From Corynebacterium amycolatum (GTDB lineage: Bacteria; Actinomycetota; Actinomycetes; Mycobacteriales; Mycobacteriaceae), in assembly GCF_049243625.1 (NCBI RefSeq), contig NZ_CP046975.1: 32,000 bases of DNA. The stretch is one strand, 5' to 3'. This document shows positions 28,940-32,000 of this stretch, piece by piece. The notes under the pieces were generated by a model. That model saw nothing but the letters and a program-made list of their open reading frames with translations. It was not told the origin of the DNA and did not search any database. The translations under genes and the position numbers were made by a program. Each line of letters opens with the position of its first letter. Position 1 is the first letter of the stretch.

Positions 28940-29041
28940 ATAGGTGGGCAGCCCGCCCCCGCACCGCCCCTAGCATCGCTCGCGCAGCCCGCTAGCCACT
29001 GGGAAAACACATCCGAGCACACAAAGCCGAGCAGACAGCAA

Positions 29042-29085
29042 AACCGCCTAAACACGCCGAGATCAAAGTGCGTGTTTAGGCGGTT
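29042..29085 (-). terminator. Candidate terminator for ctaA (minus strand)
   Basis: aaccgcctaaacacgc / cgagatcaaagt / gcgtgtttaggcggtt. 16-bp stem, about 60 nt downstream of the ctaA stop. The minus-strand tail is only ttgctg, so the T-run is weak. Confidence 0.4.
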
Positions 29086-29145
29086 CGAGCAGGAATCAAC
29101 AGCCGGTAACCACAGTGGTTAATACAGCCGCTGACCAGCAGCTAG

Positions 29146-30204
29146 CTACGCGGTAACCTCAGCATTCTTTTCCGACGCGACAATTGCGGCAGCCGCATCG
29201 CCTTCCAGAGACCCGGTCACTACTGCGCTACCGCCGACAGTGCGGTAACCGTGCTGGAAAAGTACTGCAGTCAAAGCGGTGCAGATACCAGATCCGGCAA
29301 CGTGAACCGGCACCAATGCCTCCGGTACACCGGACCAGTACTGAATCATTCCAACCACGCCCTGAGCCAAAATGAACACAACGAGTGCGATGGCAACCTT
29401 ACGCACACGTGCAAACGCTTCCGAGGCCAGCAGACCAAAAATCAGACCGATAACCAGGCCAAGGTAGAGGTACATAAAACCAGCGTGGATATGCGCCAAG
29501 TCAACAATCGGAAGCTGGAGGCGATCCTCCGGGAGCACCGAGGCATCTCCAGCATGTGGTCCCGCACCGGTGACCATAGTTCCGGTAATCAGCGTCATCG
29601 TCAGAGCCAAACCGGAGGCGGCAGCCAGATAGCGCAGATAGCGCGGGTACATGCGGGTAGCAGTACCGTCGTCAGGTTCAGAGATTTTAACGAAAAGCAT
29701 GCCAGCCAGCCAGACCAAAATCATCGATGGCAGGAAGTGCAGGGCCACGGCGTACCACTTCAGATCAACCCACACGGAAATGCCACCGATAACAGCCTGG
29801 ACGATAACGCCGAGACCGTTAAGGAACGCCAACAGCTTGATTTCCTTACGGCGCCCAACACGCATCACCGAAAGGAAAAGCAGAAGCGTGAGCGCAACCA
29901 GTACAAAGGTGAGGAGGCGATTGCTGAACTCAATAATTTGATGGAGCATTTCTGCTTCCCCGGCAACAGGAACGAAACTGCCCGGGTGACATTCTGGCCA
30001 CGAAGCACAACCGAGACCTGAACCAGTAACTCGGACGATAGAACCGGTTACCGCGATTGCCGCCTGTGCAATCAATACGAGAAGCGCATAGAGCTTCTGG
30101 CGCCCGATTGGTGTCAGCGGCAAAAACGATAGGGGCAAACTTCGATCTGCAGTATTCACATTAAGAAATTCTACCCATGCTGGCGGAAAATGGTAATAAG
30201 CCAA
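29146..30204 (-). CDS. ctaA: Heme A synthase (CtaA/COX15 family)
   Basis: Motif VRVTGSGLGCASWPECHPGSF, multiple TM helices with conserved His residues, and TGAGPHAGD. The track start is TTG 30204. The GTG at 30159 (VNTADRS...) is an alternative that fits the mycobacterial CtaA length better. Confidence 0.9.
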   Translation of the reverse strand: MAYYHFPPAWVEFLNVNTADRSLPLSFLPLTPIGRQKLYALLVLIAQAAIAVTGSIVRVTGSGLGCASWPECHPGSFVPVAGEAEMLHQIIEFSNRLLTFVLVALTLLLFLSVMRVGRRKEIKLLAFLNGLGVIVQAVIGGISVWVDLKWYAVALHFLPSMILVWLAGMLFVKISEPDDGTATRMYPRYLRYLAAASGLALTMTLITGTMVTGAGPHAGDASVLPEDRLQLPIVDLAHIHAGFMYLYLGLVIGLIFGLLASEAFARVRKVAIALVVFILAQGVVGMIQYWSGVPEALVPVHVAGSGICTALTAVLFQHGYRTVGGSAVVTGSLEGDAAAAIVASEKNAEVTA

Positions 30205-30252
30205 ACCCCTGCGTTGGGCTGCGCTTTTCTATGCAGATTCCCCGGCAACGTC

Positions 30253-31056
30253 CTAATCATTCGGCATATCAAAACGGAACCAGCGAGCTGCCAGTGCAGC
30301 GCCAAGGACACCCCACACAACCAGCACCCCGACAGCTGACCATTGGACAGACATGGCCAATGCCGCGGAGATTACGTCGGTAAGCGCGACGGACGGTAAG
30401 AGGTGCAGCAGCACAGAGCTGATGCCATCTAACGATGGTGCAACGGCCACGTAAGTAGTCGCACCAATGAGGATAAACCAGATCAGGTTGGCGAGACCTA
30501 GGATTAGCTCGGCCCCCAACGTGCCGCCCATGAGCAAGCCCAATGAAGTAAAGACGAACGTTCCCAGAAGCATCCCCACATAAGCCAACAGCCAGCCGCC
30601 AATCGAAAGCTCTGCGCCAAGAGCGAGCCCCACGAGGCTGAACAGTATGTATTGCAACGTGACGGTAGTGCAGACCGACACAATCTTGCCTGCAATAATG
30701 CCCCACGGTGGCACGCCTGAGGCACCGATGCGCTTCAGGGCTCCGTAACGACGGTCAAAGCCCACGGCAATTGCCTGCCCCGTAAAACCTGCAGACATGA
30801 CGGAAATCGCCAGCACCATGGGGAAGATGCGCTCGAGCGGATCATCGAGTTCCAACACAGGCACCATCACCAGGCCGATGAGCATCGCCAACGGGATAAT
30901 GATGGTGAGGAGCATTTGCTCACCGTGCCGCCAGAAGAGCTTCGTCTCCAACCGCGCCTGCGACATGACCAACGTCGCCATGTCCGAACGCTGCGGCTCC
31001 GGGGCGAAAGTGCCCTTAGCAAAGCGGGAGGCATCAGACCTCGGTGCGGTAGTCAT
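30253..31056 (-). CDS. ABC-2 type transporter permease
   Basis: 267-aa protein with six TM helices. Its ATG shares one base with the upstream ATPase stop (TAATG). The position next to ctaA matches the mycobacterial Rv1456c-Rv1458c neighbourhood. Confidence 0.85.
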   Translation of the reverse strand: MTTAPRSDASRFAKGTFAPEPQRSDMATLVMSQARLETKLFWRHGEQMLLTIIIPLAMLIGLVMVPVLELDDPLERIFPMVLAISVMSAGFTGQAIAVGFDRRYGALKRIGASGVPPWGIIAGKIVSVCTTVTLQYILFSLVGLALGAELSIGGWLLAYVGMLLGTFVFTSLGLLMGGTLGAELILGLANLIWFILIGATTYVAVAPSLDGISSVLLHLLPSVALTDVISAALAMSVQWSAVGVLVVWGVLGAALAARWFRFDMPND

Positions 31057-32000
31057 TAGCTCCTCATCTCCGTTCCAGTGATCTGCAAGAAGACATCTTC
31101 AAGCGATTGCGTCGCCTTATTCAACGAGGTGATCAACACCTCTTGTCGCTCGCAACTCTGGGCCAATACAGTCAGGGCGCGCGGTGAAGCCTCACCAATC
31201 AATGAGAACTCTCCACCGCTAGAACGCTGCAGACGCTGCGAAAGACCAGACTCGCTAAAGCTGCGGTTGACCTCTTCGAAGTCAAGGCTGCCTCGAACGC
31301 TGACCTTCATAGCAGTGCCTGACGACGTCCCATGGAGCGCCGATGCGCCTGCGCTAGTGATCTCCTCGGTGGTGCCGGCCACAACTAAATGGCCTCGGTC
31401 GACAATCGCAACGTCGTCGGCAAGCGATTCAGCCTCGTCCATCAGATGCGTTGTCAGGACTACGGTGACCCCATCCCGGCGCAGCGACGAGATGAGATCC
31501 CAGACGGCTAGACGGGACTGGGCATCGAGGCCTGCTGTCGGCTCGTCGAGGAACACCAGCTCCGGACGTCCGACCAGGGCGCATGCGAGCGACAGTCGCT
31601 GCTGCTGACCACCCGAGAGCCTGCGGTAGTTCGTCTTACGATGGCGTTCTAGGCCTACGACTTCAAGGAGCCAATCAGTGTCCAGCGGATTTGCGGAGTA
31701 ACTGGCAACTAGGTTCAGCATTTCGCCAACGCGAACACCGGGGTAGGCACCTCCGCCCTGGAGCATGATGCCAATGCGGCTGCGCAGTGCTGTGGTTTGA
31801 GTGACCGGGTCGAGATCGAGAATGCGAATTCGCCCTTCATCCGGCTTGATGAAGCCCTCACACATTTCAACGGTTGTGGTCTTACCAGCGCCGTTGGGGC
31901 CGAGAAGCGCAAGAACCCTACCTCGATCCAGGGAAAGCGAAAGGTCTGATACAGCCTCAACGTCATCGAATTTCTTCGTTACGTTCTCAAGGCGCAGAGC
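31056..32000 (-). CDS. ABC transporter ATP-binding protein (DrrA-like); 5' end beyond the window
   Basis: The frame stays open upstream of the track ORF to base 32000. It reads ALRLENVTKKFDDVEAVSDLSLSLDRGRVLALLGPNGAGKTTTVEMCEGF, followed by LSGGQQQRL, LVFLDEPTAGLD and TTHLMDEA. Confidence 0.92.
   Translation of the reverse strand, partial: ALRLENVTKKFDDVEAVSDLSLSLDRGRVLALLGPNGAGKTTTVEMCEGFIKPDEGRIRILDLDPVTQTTALRSRIGIMLQGGGAYPGVRVGEMLNLVASYSANPLDTDWLLEVVGLERHRKTNYRRLSGGQQQRLSLACALVGRPELVFLDEPTAGLDAQSRLAVWDLISSLRRDGVTVVLTTHLMDEAESLADDVAIVDRGHLVVAGTTEEITSAGASALHGTSSGTAMKVSVRGSLDFEEVNRSFSESGLSQRLQRSSGGEFSLIGEASPRALTVLAQSCERQEVLITSLNKATQSLEDVFLQITGTEMRS

Noticed and set aside
28940-29041. C-rich stretch with repeated cagcccgc / cccgc strings in the long ctaB-ctaA spacer, considered as a possible 6C-like sRNA or a small gene.
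   Set aside because: No ORF of 60 aa or more appears in the track for this stretch. I found no paired C-rich loops in hairpins and no promoter or terminator pair framing it.

Overview
The window is a high-GC actinobacterial core-chromosome segment, and the gene order points to Corynebacterium. All calls rest on by-eye motif recognition and synteny; no database search or folding program was run.

Plus strand, in order: fmt (3' part), rsmB, rpe, ribD-ribE-ribBA-ribH, a PH-domain membrane protein, uvrC, rapZ, yvcK, whiA, gap-pgk-tpiA-ppc, secG.

Converging on the minus strand: tkt, tal, zwf, opcA, pgl. These are followed by ctaB (+), ctaA (-) and an ABC-2 exporter pair (-, ATPase cut by the window edge). 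No rRNA, tRNA, CRISPR, transposase or integrase was recognised.

Two things are not ordinary:
1. The normally contiguous tkt-tal-zwf-opcA-pgl cluster is split between tal and zwf by about 2.1 kb of opposite-strand DNA. It carries a translationally coupled three-gene cassette: a small YtrA-like GntR regulator, a minimal ABC ATPase whose Walker A begins at residue 8, and a six-TM membrane protein. The cassette has its own promoter-like signal, an operator-like palindrome and a strong bidirectional terminator.
2. An unassigned element of about 93 nt occurs twice in direct orientation (23975-24067 and 28846-28939; 9 mismatches and 1 indel by hand alignment). Each copy sits just after a strong terminator hairpin in a convergent intergenic spacer, and the pair brackets tal-tkt-ctaB.

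Smaller observations include a 16-bp tandem duplication across the ctaB stop codon and structured or AT-rich intercistronic spacers at gap/pgk, tpiA/ppc, tkt/tal, ribD/ribE and yvcK/whiA.
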